Source: a virus
Length of the DNA stretch: 64,000 nt
Strand: one strand, 5' to 3'
IMG/VR virus record: IMGVR_UViG_3300037264_007554
Span: 31,494-95,493 of that record
A program made the translations under genes and the position numbers. How positions within the stretch are numbered: the stretch's first letter is position 1; each line of letters opens with the position of its first letter. The notes beneath the pieces are model-generated. The model did not search any database. It was not told where the DNA came from and saw only the letters and a program-made list of their open reading frames with translations. Shown here in pieces: positions 1-9,766 of the stretch.

Positions 1-691
1 GGTAGTCACGTGACCGTGCGTACACACCATCCCCCTCTCGCCCACCCCCGCGGTTGGTGTTCCCTTCAACGGCCCGCAACCCGGCCGCCTCGGCCGCCGT
101 GAGAATCCCCATGTGCCCGCGACGGTTGCCGTGGTCGATGAGGAAAAGCGTGCCCGGCGGCAGGATTCTTAGATCCTCGAACGCGGCCTCCGGCGAGATC
201 TTGACCTTGGCGGGGGCGCGCTCCCAGTGATCGAGTACGGAGCCCGTGCGCACGAGAGGGTTCGGCTCACCGAGCTTGTGGGCAGCCTCGTTGAAGACCC
301 AGTAGCAAAAAGCCACGCACCAGGGATTGCCCTTCGGCAAGCCCACCGACGCCAGGTACTTCTCGACCTCGGGGCCGCAGTTCGGGCCTCCGGACTCCGT
401 GACCCCGATCTGGAGCTTGGCAATCCGCACGGCTGCGCCCGAGAGCGCGCTCCCAGGCGCCAGCACCGTCGCGGGAGCCGTGCGGAAAAGGGCGCCCCAG
501 GAGACGGGGCCGACGATGCCGTCCGCCTCCAGGCCGCGCCGGGTCTGAAAAAGTCTAACCGCGCTCTCGGTCGCAGGTCCGAAATCGCCGTCGATCGCTA
601 TCGCGTCACCAAACTGGACAAGACGGTCTTGAACCAGCTTGACGAGATCGGCGCGGTCGTCTCCGCGGCGAAGCGCCTTACCTGGGTACAT
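1..691 (-). CDS. Endolysin, peptidoglycan-binding domain plus CHAP-like amidase (3' end runs off window)
   Basis: Manual translation from ATG 691: MYPGKALRRG..VKLVQDRL..IDGDFGPATESAVRLFQ..LEADGIVGPVSW (PG-binding), then GNPWCVAF, GHMGI, VEGNT (CHAP Cys/His). Absent from the ORF track because there is no stop in the window. Confidence 0.85.
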   Translation of the reverse strand, partial: MYPGKALRRGDDRADLVKLVQDRLVQFGDAIAIDGDFGPATESAVRLFQTRRGLEADGIVGPVSWGALFRTAPATVLAPGSALSGAAVRIAKLQIGVTESGGPNCGPEVEKYLASVGLPKGNPWCVAFCYWVFNEAAHKLGEPNPLVRTGSVLDHWERAPAKVKISPEAAFEDLRILPPGTLFLIDHGNRRGHMGILTAAEAAGLRAVEGNTNRGGGREGDGVYARSRDY

Positions 692-1035
692 CAGCGGTCG
701 ATGGTGTGAACGAACCGGAACATCACCATGTAGAACGCAACCCCTGCGGAAAGGAAAAAGATGTCCAGTGGAGGGTTGGCGTTGTGCATCAGGATCGATC
801 CAGGGAACGCAGTTCCGCCCGTATCACAGATCGAAACGAGAAGCCTTGGATCGTTGAGCAGCGCCGTCCACACCGCGGGATCTGTGGTACTGAGCAAAGC
901 CTTCAACGGTCCCGCAGGCAGCGCCGCGAGAATGACCGACTGAAACAACAAGAAGTTTCCGGTATCCAAAGAAGCAGCGAACTTGATGCCGTAAGGCGTT
1001 GCGGACCCGGGTACGATGGTTACGCTTGATGCCAT
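691..1035 (-). CDS. Putative virion protein, paralog of 11086-11457 and 11563-11949
   Basis: Shared GPLKxLL and C-terminal RFxHT motifs; leaderless promoter upstream. Confidence 0.6.
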   Translation of the reverse strand: MASSVTIVPGSATPYGIKFAASLDTGNFLLFQSVILAALPAGPLKALLSTTDPAVWTALLNDPRLLVSICDTGGTAFPGSILMHNANPPLDIFFLSAGVAFYMVMFRFVHTIDR

Positions 1036-1041
1036 GCCTGA

Positions 1042-1075
1042 ACTTTACCTCACACCGACGAAGGCACGCAAATTA
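1042..1075 (-). promoter_or_regulatory. TAAT-extended sigma70-like leaderless promoter
   Basis: taatTTGCGT-N18-TAAAGT-N6-ATG(1035). Confidence 0.65.
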
Positions 1076-1225
1076 GCGGCCGCAGTTGCAGTCGCGCTTC
1101 CGGCGCAAGGGTGCCCCAGCCATTCTCTGCGGGTTTTTCTTCCCGCTCGACGCCGCAAGGCCGATGGCGGCCGCCAGACCTCCCAGGATCCCGACAGCGA
1201 CAACGGCCTTGCCGGTATTCGACAT
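1073..1225 (-). CDS. Small membrane protein with basic CxC tail
   Basis: MSNTGKAVVAVGILGGLAAAIGL...MAGAPLRRKRDCNCGR. Confidence 0.55.
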   Translation of the reverse strand: MSNTGKAVVAVGILGGLAAAIGLAASSGKKNPQRMAGAPLRRKRDCNCGR

Positions 1226-1278
1226 CGGCGCGGATTCCGTCGCACCAAAATTTTCTCTCCGTCTCAGAAACATACAGG

Positions 1279-2238
1279 TTAACGCCTTCGACTCATGCGG
1301 TTGCTCTCATCAATCCACTGCTTGACATCAGACAGGCTATCAAACTTTAGAAATCTTTCACCTGTGTAGATTTCGTAGTACCCGCTCGGATGCAGTTTGG
1401 TGATTAGCCTACCTTTGTACATTCTGTTCCCAGTCTCCCGACGCGATCCAGCAAACCCAGCACCGTCGATCGCATCCGAAGGCCCTTCGCCTCCGCCCTT
1501 TTTCACCGCGCGATAGACCAAGTACCCCACGGCGGTCACCCCGATGACGATGAGGAATGTGCTGATGAATCCGGCGGATGCTTGCGGAGCTTCACTCCCG
1601 ATTCCCTTGCACGTCTTCGTAGCTTCCGCACGCGACACCTTGCCTGTGCTCATCACACGATCAACGCAATCGAGCTGCGTCTGCACATGAATGATTTCGG
1701 CTTTCGCAGTTTCGATGGCAGCGCCCGGCCAGTTCTTGATGACCACTGCCGTGAGCGTCACGGCCGTCACACCGAGTACGAACACGATGGCGATCCAGGC
1801 GAGCGCCGGGAGCGCACCAAGAGTACCTGCGAAAGCACCTGCCATCGGTGCGTTGTCAAGACAGCCGGGGATGGAATACACCGTGGGCATCACCGGCCGA
1901 GGCTTCGTCACCGTCGCCATGAGGGTGCCGCTCGAATCGTAGACGTACTGCACGATCTTGTAGCTCGGATTCTGCGCGAGAATCTGGTTGAACACCGACT
2001 GCGCGGCTGTCTGGTACGCCCTCACGGCGTTGTTGTGCGCCACCTGCACGTCGCACGGGATCGCTGCGCCGTACACGCGATCAATACGCGAAGCCTGGGC
2101 CTGCAGCACCCGGTACAGGTCCGCGATCTGCCCGATTGCAACGTCGGCCGGGACTGCACCCGGCGGGAGCACCTGGGGCAAGATCGGCGCCTGTGAATCA
2201 CCTGCCCCGAGCCTTCCGAGTGCTACCTGTTCACCCAT
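1279..2238 (-). CDS. Putative virion membrane protein with fused C-terminal small basic domain
   Basis: Two hydrophobic segments, 4 Cys, LGA/FAG motifs, AT-richer C-terminal domain ending SRRR. Confidence 0.6.
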   Translation of the reverse strand: MGEQVALGRLGAGDSQAPILPQVLPPGAVPADVAIGQIADLYRVLQAQASRIDRVYGAAIPCDVQVAHNNAVRAYQTAAQSVFNQILAQNPSYKIVQYVYDSSGTLMATVTKPRPVMPTVYSIPGCLDNAPMAGAFAGTLGALPALAWIAIVFVLGVTAVTLTAVVIKNWPGAAIETAKAEIIHVQTQLDCVDRVMSTGKVSRAEATKTCKGIGSEAPQASAGFISTFLIVIGVTAVGYLVYRAVKKGGGEGPSDAIDGAGFAGSRRETGNRMYKGRLITKLHPSGYYEIYTGERFLKFDSLSDVKQWIDESNRMSRRR

Positions 2239-2240
2239 GG

Positions 2241-2699
2241 CTACTTGAGTCTCGAAAAGAGCACCGCAGAGCGGCCTGCGATCCCGGCCACCGTGGCACC
2301 GGTGCCGAAACCCAGTAGCGAGCCGAAGCCGACGTTGCGCAGACGATTGCTCGGATCTGAAAACAAGAACGCCGCACCGAACCCGAGGAGCGTGCAGCCT
2401 AGAATCGAAAATATCGCCAAATTTTTACCCGCGAACTCACCCGCGTACGTTTCGATTGCACCGAGCGCTCCGGCCGGAACGAGACGACCGTCCGGCAAGA
2501 ACTTCCGCGGCTCATCGAAGTACGGGTCACGGGCCCAGCCTGACTCCGGATCCGGGGCTCCCGGGAAAGGCGTGCGCGAGACCATCACGGTCTCATCGGC
2601 TGGGACAAGCCGGAACGGCGATCTCCGCAACGGCCCGCCGCCGCTGTCCGGATTGTTGTCCGGGGAAACCCGAACTTGAGCACCGTAACCGAAGTGCAT
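2241..2699 (-). CDS. Putative virion membrane protein
   Basis: MHFGYGA N-terminus, two C-terminal TM segments, RBS GGAGG. Confidence 0.55.
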   Translation of the reverse strand: MHFGYGAQVRVSPDNNPDSGGGPLRRSPFRLVPADETVMVSRTPFPGAPDPESGWARDPYFDEPRKFLPDGRLVPAGALGAIETYAGEFAGKNLAIFSILGCTLLGFGAAFLFSDPSNRLRNVGFGSLLGFGTGATVAGIAGRSAVLFSRLK

Positions 2700-2711
2700 G
2701 AACTTCCTCCC

Positions 2712-3209
2712 TTAGATACCGTTCGGATCGCGGTCTTCGTCCTTCGGCTCCATCAGATCAAAATGCACAACGAAAAGACTGCTACCCGACTCGACGTTGG
2801 GAGTCAGAAGCCTGATGGTGGGCCCATAACTCGGATCTGGGAAAGCCGTGGCACTGATGACAGGGCCGCCTGACTCGGTCGAATCAAGATTGTTGATGAT
2901 GCTCCGCGAGAGAAGAAAGCCGGGGATGTTCGACACGTTGTTGTAGTGGTAGATCGAAAGTCGCCAGTTGAGCCGCGCGCGCGGAACAAACGCGGGGTTC
3001 GCCACACCATTCAGGATCGCCGGGTTCGGAAACACAATCGGACGGCCGCGCCACTCGTAATACGCACCCAACGCACTCACAGTCAACGGAGTTACCGCAA
3101 CGCCACCTGAACCGACAGGAGCCGAACGCGAGCCCGGCGCATTACGCACGGCGATGTCGAGATCGTTGCTTTCGGTCGGCATCTGGCAGATGTACGTTCG
3201 TGAAATCAT
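2712..3209 (-). CDS. Hypothetical beta-rich virion protein
   Basis: Virion operon context; taatTTGGTT..TAGGAT upstream. Confidence 0.5.
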   Translation of the reverse strand: MISRTYICQMPTESNDLDIAVRNAPGSRSAPVGSGGVAVTPLTVSALGAYYEWRGRPIVFPNPAILNGVANPAFVPRARLNWRLSIYHYNNVSNIPGFLLSRSIINNLDSTESGGPVISATAFPDPSYGPTIRLLTPNVESGSSLFVVHFDLMEPKDEDRDPNGI

Positions 3210-3221
3210 GATGCAGCCATC

Positions 3222-3854
3222 CTATACCAGAGCCGACGCCCGAACCAAATTAGCGTCCCAGGCAGGGAGAGAAGCCAGATAGGGCTGCCCTGTCAGCTTG
3301 TCTATGAACAGGCTTGGGTCGCGGCCTTGTTCCACAGCGCTGCTGGCCTGGACACCGCGGTACTGCAGGCGCAAGAGCCTCTCCAGGGGGACTTTTGACG
3401 GCCGCTTTTCCAACGCCCTGCGAACTCTATCGTACACCCCCCGCAAGATCTTTGTACCCCACTCGATGTTGATGTCCGGCTCGAACAGCATCGTCCGCGT
3501 GACACCCGCGGCCGCCAACGCCGGTCCGTGTGCCTTGGTGTTGATCTGCATCAGCCCAATCGACGCACCTTCCGGGAGCACGTGGTAGTCGCCCACACAC
3601 GTCGGGTTGCCGCTGGACTCCGCCAAGATGGTCGCGACCACCCACTTCGCCGGAAGGCCCCGTGCGGCTGCCCATTTTCGCGCCAGGTTGATGATCTCGG
3701 GCGTGAGCTTGCGGGGCTTGCAATAGCCGCTTCGCGCCCTGGCGGCCGCCGCAGGCGTCGCCAGCATAAGCAGCAAGCCGAGCGCTGCAGCAGCCGCGAT
3801 AATAGGAACGGCTACCCGCGTTGCACGTGCAGGCCGCCGCGTACGCCGCCGCAT
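3222..3854 (-). CDS. Lytic transglycosylase (SLT) with N-terminal basic/TM anchor
   Basis: AESSGNP catalytic Glu motif, GLMQI, NIEWG. Confidence 0.85.
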   Translation of the reverse strand: MRRRTRRPARATRVAVPIIAAAAALGLLLMLATPAAAARARSGYCKPRKLTPEIINLARKWAAARGLPAKWVVATILAESSGNPTCVGDYHVLPEGASIGLMQINTKAHGPALAAAGVTRTMLFEPDINIEWGTKILRGVYDRVRRALEKRPSKVPLERLLRLQYRGVQASSAVEQGRDPSLFIDKLTGQPYLASLPAWDANLVRASALV

Positions 3855-3856
3855 GG

Positions 3857-4315
3857 TTACACCCGACGCTCTCGGTCGCCGATGAGGATGGGAGCGATCT
3901 GCACACGCAACGGCAGCCAGGTTGGCGCGTCCGTCACAGCGTAGAGAGGCTGGTTGCCGGGAAGCACGATCTGGTAGGGCAAAAAAGCAGGAAGCGCATG
4001 GCCGTTGCTCACGCGCACACCTGCGTTCCCGACGAAAATCGAGAACCCGACGAACGGTGCAGAGAGCGTGATCAGACGCGACGCGCGTCCGGCCGGAACG
4101 ATGAGCGTCGGCTCGACTCCGCTTCCGGCGAGCGCAGACTCAGGAATCACCTGCGCAGAAAAGAGATCTGTAGGAGGAGGTGCACCGGTCTCCGACCCGA
4201 GAACTTCGGCATTCGCCTGGCCGGGAATGCCGTTAGATGTCGAGCCAAGAGACTCGGCGCCCGGGTTCCCGAACGACCGCTCTCCCAGGATTTGCGCAAC
4301 AGATCGCGGCGCCAT
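3857..4315 (-). CDS. Hypothetical virion protein
   Basis: Beta-rich ORF in the capsid-gene operon. Confidence 0.5.
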   Translation of the reverse strand: MAPRSVAQILGERSFGNPGAESLGSTSNGIPGQANAEVLGSETGAPPPTDLFSAQVIPESALAGSGVEPTLIVPAGRASRLITLSAPFVGFSIFVGNAGVRVSNGHALPAFLPYQIVLPGNQPLYAVTDAPTWLPLRVQIAPILIGDRERRV

Positions 4316-4316
4316 G

Positions 4317-4806
4317 TTACGTGCGCGGAATCAACAGGGAGCCGATGAAATTGATGTCGACGGTGATCGGGTTGACGGTGTCGAGATTGTCGACCGTGAT
4401 GGTGAGCGCGCCTCCCTTCGGCCGCACGACCCACGGAAACGTCAACTTCCAGGCACCGGTGTCGTCATCGACGAGCAGGGCAACCATGGCCTGGGTCTTC
4501 ATCCAGTCCATGGTGAAGATCTGATCCTTGATGTTGATCCGCCAGTCGCGGAACGTGTGCGCCGGATCCTGACTGAACTTGATGCGCTCAACCTCGAACG
4601 GGTATTCGAGCGCGTTGCTGAAGTCCGTGCCGGTAAGCACTTGCCCCGACAACCCTGCGCCGATCACCGCGCTCGTGCGCAGCGCCATCGAAAACGGAAA
4701 GCGCACGATGGGTTGATCGACGATAGGCTTGATGCGATCGATCACGCCTTTGATGAGCGGCGCGAGTTGGAGAAGACTGGCCTCGATTCCTTCTGATGGC
4801 GGCATG
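4317..4806 (-). CDS. Putative minor capsid/penton-like jelly-roll protein
   Basis: Beta-strand pattern, directly downstream of the MCP candidate; promoter TTGCAG-N17-CAATAT-N7-ATG places the start at MPPSEG. Confidence 0.45.
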
Positions 4807-4864
4807 GGAGTCATATTGCCGATTCTTGTGCAACGCTGCAAGTTACGTCCAGTCGCCTTGCCCC

Positions 4865-4902
4865 AAAAGAAAAACGCCCCGGCAGCTTTCGCCGCCGGAG
4901 CG
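4865..4902 (-). terminator. Rho-independent terminator after MCP candidate
   Basis: cgctccggcggc-gaaa-gctgccggggcg followed by T-run. Confidence 0.8.
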
Positions 4903-4937
4903 TCCTTCCGACCTTCGCTTTGCGTTGCCGCTTTGCG

Positions 4938-5699
4938 CTAGGTGACCGGACGCTTGACCAACCCTTCGAGGGTCTCGCGGACGTCGAAGCCCAGCGACGT
5001 CGCGGGCAGGCCGGTCCAGTCGGCGTAGCCCTGGATGAACGTCGGGCCCGCGCCCAGAGCGAGGCCGAGCGCCGCCTGCGGCCGCAGCTTCGCGGTGTAC
5101 CCGATGTTCGGGCGCAACCAGATCGGGAGCACGAACGCCCCCTGATCACGCGGGGAGGGCGGACCGTTGTTCGCCACTTCCTGCGAGGTGTTCGTGGTGA
5201 ACACGTGGATGCCCGACCCCTGGGGGTATTCCTCGATCGGCCCCTCGGACTGCACCTTCTGGTTCACAGTGAACTTGTGGAAGGTCTTCCGCATGAAGTC
5301 GAACAACACACCACCCGACGTGACGGCCGGATCGTAGCCGCCGACGCGAGTCGCGCGCGACAACTGCACCCCCGCCGTGTCCTGCAGCGCGAACGCTGCC
5401 ACACCGGCCGCCGAGCCCATCTCGCGGACGATCTCGATCTGGATGCTGTAGATCAGCATCTCCCAGCCCTGCTGGAGCCCGTTGTCACCCGAACGCGAGA
5501 TGTTGGTGTCCACCTCGGTCAAGATGCGGGAGCCGCCGGGGATCGGCGAACCGATGCCGCCGATGAAGGCGATGATCTCTTGCGAGTCATTGCCCTGGAA
5601 CTCCACGGTGTGGAAGAGACGATCGTGCGTCCAGTCCGCGAACTGGATTGCGAACGGTACGCCTCGAACTCGAACTGTCAGTGTGCCCGTGTCAGCCAT
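4938..5699 (-). CDS. Putative major capsid protein (single jelly-roll type, 253 aa)
   Basis: Strong RBS (AAAAGGAAAC), biased codon usage, terminator directly after, LTEVDTNISRSGDNGL motif, beta-rich pattern; fold inferred only. Confidence 0.55.
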   Translation of the reverse strand: MADTGTLTVRVRGVPFAIQFADWTHDRLFHTVEFQGNDSQEIIAFIGGIGSPIPGGSRILTEVDTNISRSGDNGLQQGWEMLIYSIQIEIVREMGSAAGVAAFALQDTAGVQLSRATRVGGYDPAVTSGGVLFDFMRKTFHKFTVNQKVQSEGPIEEYPQGSGIHVFTTNTSQEVANNGPPSPRDQGAFVLPIWLRPNIGYTAKLRPQAALGLALGAGPTFIQGYADWTGLPATSLGFDVRETLEGLVKRPVT

Positions 5700-5826
5700 T
5701 GTCGTTTCCTTTTTTGTTTCGGGGTCGGCTTTGCCGGTTTGGTCCCGAATACCTGGCATCGAACTGGTTTTGAGGCGCGACGACGGCCGATGCCAGACCG
5801 CCGTCGCGTCTTTCAGGACAGACGAA

Positions 5827-6324
5827 CTAGGACAGGAAGTTCGAGCCGAAGGCGCCGAGCAGCTCGACATCGGGGACGCCACCGGCGCCACTCATGTCTT
5901 GCTCGGGGACCACGGTCCCGAACATGCCGGTCGAGCCCGAGCCCGAATCCAGCAACTGCACGTCACCCGCCGGGACACCGGTGTTGGCACCGAAGTACCC
6001 CGCCAGCTCCTGCTCGGGCGTGATCACGCCGAGGTAGCCCTGCATCGGGCCACCCATGACCATGTCCTCGATCTGGCGGGGGATACCCACCAGCGCGGCC
6101 GTCGCCAGGCCCTGGATGCCCATGCGCCGGTAGCGCGGCGAGAACATCAGTCCCGCCGAGATCCCGCCGCCGAGCAACGTGCCGATCAGGCCCGCCCACT
6201 TGGTGATGGGTTTGCCCTTGAAGAGCATTTTGGTCGCCAGCATGCCCACCTGAGCAGCGCCGCCGCCGATCAGCGGACCTGCCAGGTCTTCGCCGACTCC
6301 CTCGAAATCTCCGAAGTCATCCAT
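5827..6324 (-). CDS. Gly-rich virion membrane/scaffold protein
   Basis: Strong RBS; TM segments; repeated FG/LG/MSG motifs. Confidence 0.6.
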   Translation of the reverse strand: MDDFGDFEGVGEDLAGPLIGGGAAQVGMLATKMLFKGKPITKWAGLIGTLLGGGISAGLMFSPRYRRMGIQGLATAALVGIPRQIEDMVMGGPMQGYLGVITPEQELAGYFGANTGVPAGDVQLLDSGSGSTGMFGTVVPEQDMSGAGGVPDVELLGAFGSNFLS

Positions 6325-6384
6325 TGGTGTTGTTTCCTTCTTGAAAAATTTGTTGCTGGTTTGGGGTTTTGGGTTTCGCGAGAA

Positions 6385-6474
6385 CTAGCGGCGAGCGCGC
6401 TTGTTCTTCAGGCACTGGCCCTTGCGGCGGCCGCGCTTCACGATTCCGAACTTGCAGTGTCGCTTCCTTGCCAT
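6385..6474 (-). CDS. 29-aa protamine-like basic protein with 2 Cys
   Basis: MARKRHCKFGIVKRGRRKGQCLKNKRARR; RBS GAGGAG; below ORF-track cutoff. Confidence 0.7.
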   Translation of the reverse strand: MARKRHCKFGIVKRGRRKGQCLKNKRARR

Positions 6475-6519
6475 GCCGATCTCCTCTGTTGTTGGTTGAT
6501 TTTCTCGGACAAAAATTTT

Positions 6520-7071
6520 CTAGCTGATCGCCGCCCGGGACGTGATGATCTGGCCGTCCTTGTCGCGCTGGTAATCGGCCGACGGGATGCTGGCGTAGCC
6601 GCGCCTCCGGAGCGCGTAGAGAGCCACGGCCGCGGCGCCCACGCCTGCGACTCCGCCCACGATCGCGCCGCGCGTGCGGCTGTCCGGCGCACCGAAGATC
6701 CCGCCGAGGATTCCGACGACCGCACCGACACCGGCACCGAGGATCCAGTGCTTCTTGTCGATCGTCCCGACCACTGCCCCTGCCTCGCCGAAGCCGGAGT
6801 AGCCGAAGCCGTTGATCGGCGCGACACCCGGCTGCATTGCCACCGGTGCATTCGTCACGCCCTGAACGTGCCGCTCGGAGATGTCCTGACGCGCGTTGAT
6901 CGGATTGAACGGCGAGATGACGCCCGTTCGCATGACGAACTGAGGAATCGAATCCATGTCGCTGTGTCCGAATTGTCCTTGCAGCACCGTTGAACCTTTC
7001 CAGCGGCCAAAAGCAAAACGGCGTCCGACACGAGCCTTCTCGTGAGGGACGCCGTTGTCTACGGTCGCCAT
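6520..7071 (-). CDS. Putative virion membrane protein
   Basis: First gene of capsid operon; two Gly-rich TM segments; FG motifs. Confidence 0.55.
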   Translation of the reverse strand: MATVDNGVPHEKARVGRRFAFGRWKGSTVLQGQFGHSDMDSIPQFVMRTGVISPFNPINARQDISERHVQGVTNAPVAMQPGVAPINGFGYSGFGEAGAVVGTIDKKHWILGAGVGAVVGILGGIFGAPDSRTRGAIVGGVAGVGAAAVALYALRRRGYASIPSADYQRDKDGQIITSRAAIS

Positions 7072-7106
7072 GGGTTGTGCCCCCTGCGAGAGCACTATGT
7101 ACCAAG

Positions 7107-7189
7107 AGGATTACAGGGCTATTTCCCGGCTGTCAAATTAAGCGGACCGCTATTTTGCGTGCGTTGCAAAATCGGCCTACTGTTTCGAC
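7107..7189. promoter_or_regulatory. Divergent promoter pair
   Basis: Minus strand taatTTGACA at 7131-7140; plus strand TTGCGT-N17-TACTGT-N6-ATG(7190). Confidence 0.6.
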
Positions 7190-7444
7190 ATGCGTGGCTC
7201 GATCTCCCAGAGCATCATCGGCAAACTGACCGAAGCCGAAGTTCCAGTTCCGTTCTGGAAATTCGCAGTACCGATCGTCGCAGGCAGCGTGGCCGGGAGA
7301 GGCGCCGCCTACCTCGTCAAGAACACATTCGTGGAATCATCCCCACGCACGCAAGAAACCGCCAGCATCGTCGCGGGCATTGCTGCCTTCTGGATCGTTG
7401 CTGGCGGCACCTGGATCGCACTGTCGCCGAAGCGCGGCGCCTGA
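7190..7444 (+). CDS. Small membrane protein
   Basis: Two hydrophobic segments; leaderless promoter. Confidence 0.55.
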   Translation: MRGSISQSIIGKLTEAEVPVPFWKFAVPIVAGSVAGRGAAYLVKNTFVESSPRTQETASIVAGIAAFWIVAGGTWIALSPKRGA

Positions 7445-7457
7445 GCGGCGCGCGCGG

Positions 7458-7631
7458 CTATCTGCGCTTACCGCGGCGGCCGGAGCGGCAGCGGTTGAAG
7501 CCCTTGAAGCAGCTTCGGCCGGTCTGCGGGCTCAGCGCGGGCCCCGACTTCAAGCAGCTCTTGAGCGCGGTCTTGCAATGAGCGGGAGCGCTTGCTCCTC
7601 CGCGGCCGGACTTTCTTCGACGACGTGCCAT
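7458..7631 (-). CDS. 57-aa basic twin-CX6C protein
   Basis: MARRRRKSGRGGASAPAHCKTALKSC..SCFKGFNRCRSGRRGKRR; paralog at 23125-23271. Confidence 0.7.
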   Translation of the reverse strand: MARRRRKSGRGGASAPAHCKTALKSCLKSGPALSPQTGRSCFKGFNRCRSGRRGKRR

Positions 7632-7643
7632 GGTGATTCTCCC

Positions 7644-9374
7644 TTACGCGGTTCTGAGACGCCGACGTGGCGCCGATCGGTATCCACTCTGCGACTTTTT
7701 TCCGCGGAACGCAAAATAGCCGATCGTTCCGAGACCGATCACGCCCACACCGGCGGCGATGTAGTGCCAGACCGGACGCTTCCCTTGTACTGCTTGCGTG
7801 GCTGCCTGCGCCTGTTCCACCTGCGCCGCAGCCGCCTGCGTCTCCTGCGTCGCCTGCGCGACTGCTTCTTTCGCTTGTGCTTCCTGTGCAGGTGTTGTCG
7901 CCTGCGCTGCAGCAGCCTGCGCTACAGCCTGCGCAGCCAGTGCCCGATCCATCTGTGCCTGTGCCGCTGCTTCCTGGGCCTTCGCCGCCGCTACCGCCTC
8001 CGCCTCCGCCCGTGCCTGCGCGGCCGCGGCCGCAGCCTGCTCTGCTGTGGGCAACTGCTCCGCGGGAACCGCCGGTGTCTGAGCAGGTGTCGTGGCCGTG
8101 GCCGCCACGATCTGATCGGGCTCCGGAGAAGGCTTCGGAACTTCCGTCACCTGTGTCGGAGTCTCACCACACTCTGCAATCCTTGCCGCGAGGTTGTTCG
8201 CAATACTTTCAGCCTTGGCCGACACCTGCGCGATCGAGTACCCGGGGCTCAGACCGGTGTGAGGTAGCTTGGAACAGGGCCCCACGTCACTCAACGCTCT
8301 GTTCACGGCCGCCGTCGTCTTCGGACCGTTGATCCCGTCAACGGGAACAGTCAGACCTGGATCTTTTGCGAGCAGTGCAAGCTGCCCGAGGCTCTGCTGG
8401 ATCTGTGTGATCGCTGCCGAGCGCGAAAGCCCAGGCTTCGGAGCTGCTGCCGGGAGCTTCGGCGGTTTCACACCGAGTTGTGCCAGATGTGCTTCGACGA
8501 TCTTCGCAATGCTCTCCGCATTCATCACGATGTCGGACTGGCTCAACATGCCCGTACGAAACTGCGAAGGCGCAGTCGCGATGCTCGCCAACGCTCTGTT
8601 GACGGCGGTCGCCGTCTTCGGTCCGATCAAGCCGTCGGCACCGATCTGCAAGACCTTGTCGCCGAGCTTTTTGCCGAGCGCTGCGATTGCCTGCTGCAAC
8701 CGCTGCACGGTCGGCGACTTGGTAGGCTTGGACGGAGCCGGAGCCACCGGCTTCGTCACTATCGAAGCCTTCGCATTGGCCTCGCTCGTGATCGAAGTGA
8801 CGATGTTCGGGTTCGTCAGATCCGCGGCCGTCACCTGACGCGAGTACACGCCATAAGACGACACGGCCTTGTTCACGGCCGCGACCGTCTTCGGACCGAC
8901 AGCACCATCGGCCGCAATCATCAAGGTCTTGTCCCCGATCTTGCTGCCGAGCGAACGCAACGCATTTTGCATCGCCTGCACCTGAGAGCGACTCGCGCCT
9001 GCGGCCGGTCTCTTCGGCGCGACGGCCGGTGCAGCGGCTCGCGGAGCCGTTGTCGTGAGCAACTGTTTCGACCCAGGAGCGCTCCGGCTCGCGGCAGCCG
9101 ATTCGATCGCGCTCGAAAGAGGAGCTGCATTTTGCGAGACGTTCAACGGCGTGAGTTTGCCGGTACGCAGACTGGCGGGCGCCGTCGTCACGTACTTCGT
9201 CATCGCGCGATTCACGGCCGCCGCGGTCGCGGGCCCTGTGATCCCGTCGGCGTTGACCGCGAGAGCGGTATCGTTGACTGCAAAACCGAGAAGCGCGAGA
9301 GCGCGTTGCAAACGCGCGACGGCTGGCGAAGAGGCAGCGCCGAAACCGTAACCCATGAAGTGCTGGGACAACAT
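7644..9374 (-). CDS. Protein with four peptidoglycan-binding-like repeats and C-terminal TM anchor
   Basis: Four LQxAL..LG..DG..GPxTxxAVN repeats, Ala/Gln stalk, TM plus basic tail. Confidence 0.75.
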   Translation of the reverse strand: MLSQHFMGYGFGAASSPAVARLQRALALLGFAVNDTALAVNADGITGPATAAAVNRAMTKYVTTAPASLRTGKLTPLNVSQNAAPLSSAIESAAASRSAPGSKQLLTTTAPRAAAPAVAPKRPAAGASRSQVQAMQNALRSLGSKIGDKTLMIAADGAVGPKTVAAVNKAVSSYGVYSRQVTAADLTNPNIVTSITSEANAKASIVTKPVAPAPSKPTKSPTVQRLQQAIAALGKKLGDKVLQIGADGLIGPKTATAVNRALASIATAPSQFRTGMLSQSDIVMNAESIAKIVEAHLAQLGVKPPKLPAAAPKPGLSRSAAITQIQQSLGQLALLAKDPGLTVPVDGINGPKTTAAVNRALSDVGPCSKLPHTGLSPGYSIAQVSAKAESIANNLAARIAECGETPTQVTEVPKPSPEPDQIVAATATTPAQTPAVPAEQLPTAEQAAAAAAQARAEAEAVAAAKAQEAAAQAQMDRALAAQAVAQAAAAQATTPAQEAQAKEAVAQATQETQAAAAQVEQAQAATQAVQGKRPVWHYIAAGVGVIGLGTIGYFAFRGKKSQSGYRSAPRRRLRTA

Positions 9375-9580
9375 CGTTCTTCCTACGAGCCAGAGTACGA
9401 CAGGCCGGGGGAGCCGCGCAAATTAGGGCAGATTGGGTAGATTCGCAGGCAGGTAGCTACGGTTCACACGCACCTGCTTGATCTGGCCGCCTTGAATAGA
9501 AAGCGCGACTTCTGCGTGCGCACCCTCTTTCATCAGGCCGCCGACGAGCTTGCTGTAGAGCGCCCAGAACGTCGGCAGAT

Positions 9581-9766
9581 CTAGTTTCGGATCAGACGCG
9601 AGATTCCCCAAATTGTGAGCCCTCCCAGGAGCAGGCCGCCCAATACGGGAATCCATACCGGCGTCGACGATACAACCGCGCCCGAAAGCTGTCCACCCGG
9701 AATCGGGATGTCAAAAGAGCCGCCACCGGGGAGAAAAAGTCTTTTCGTGCCGCCCATGTTTTTCAT
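9581..9766 (-). CDS. Small membrane protein
   Basis: MKNMGG..LSGA..TM; coupled to upstream gene. Confidence 0.5.
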   Translation of the reverse strand: MKNMGGTKRLFLPGGGSFDIPIPGGQLSGAVVSSTPVWIPVLGGLLLGGLTIWGISRLIRN

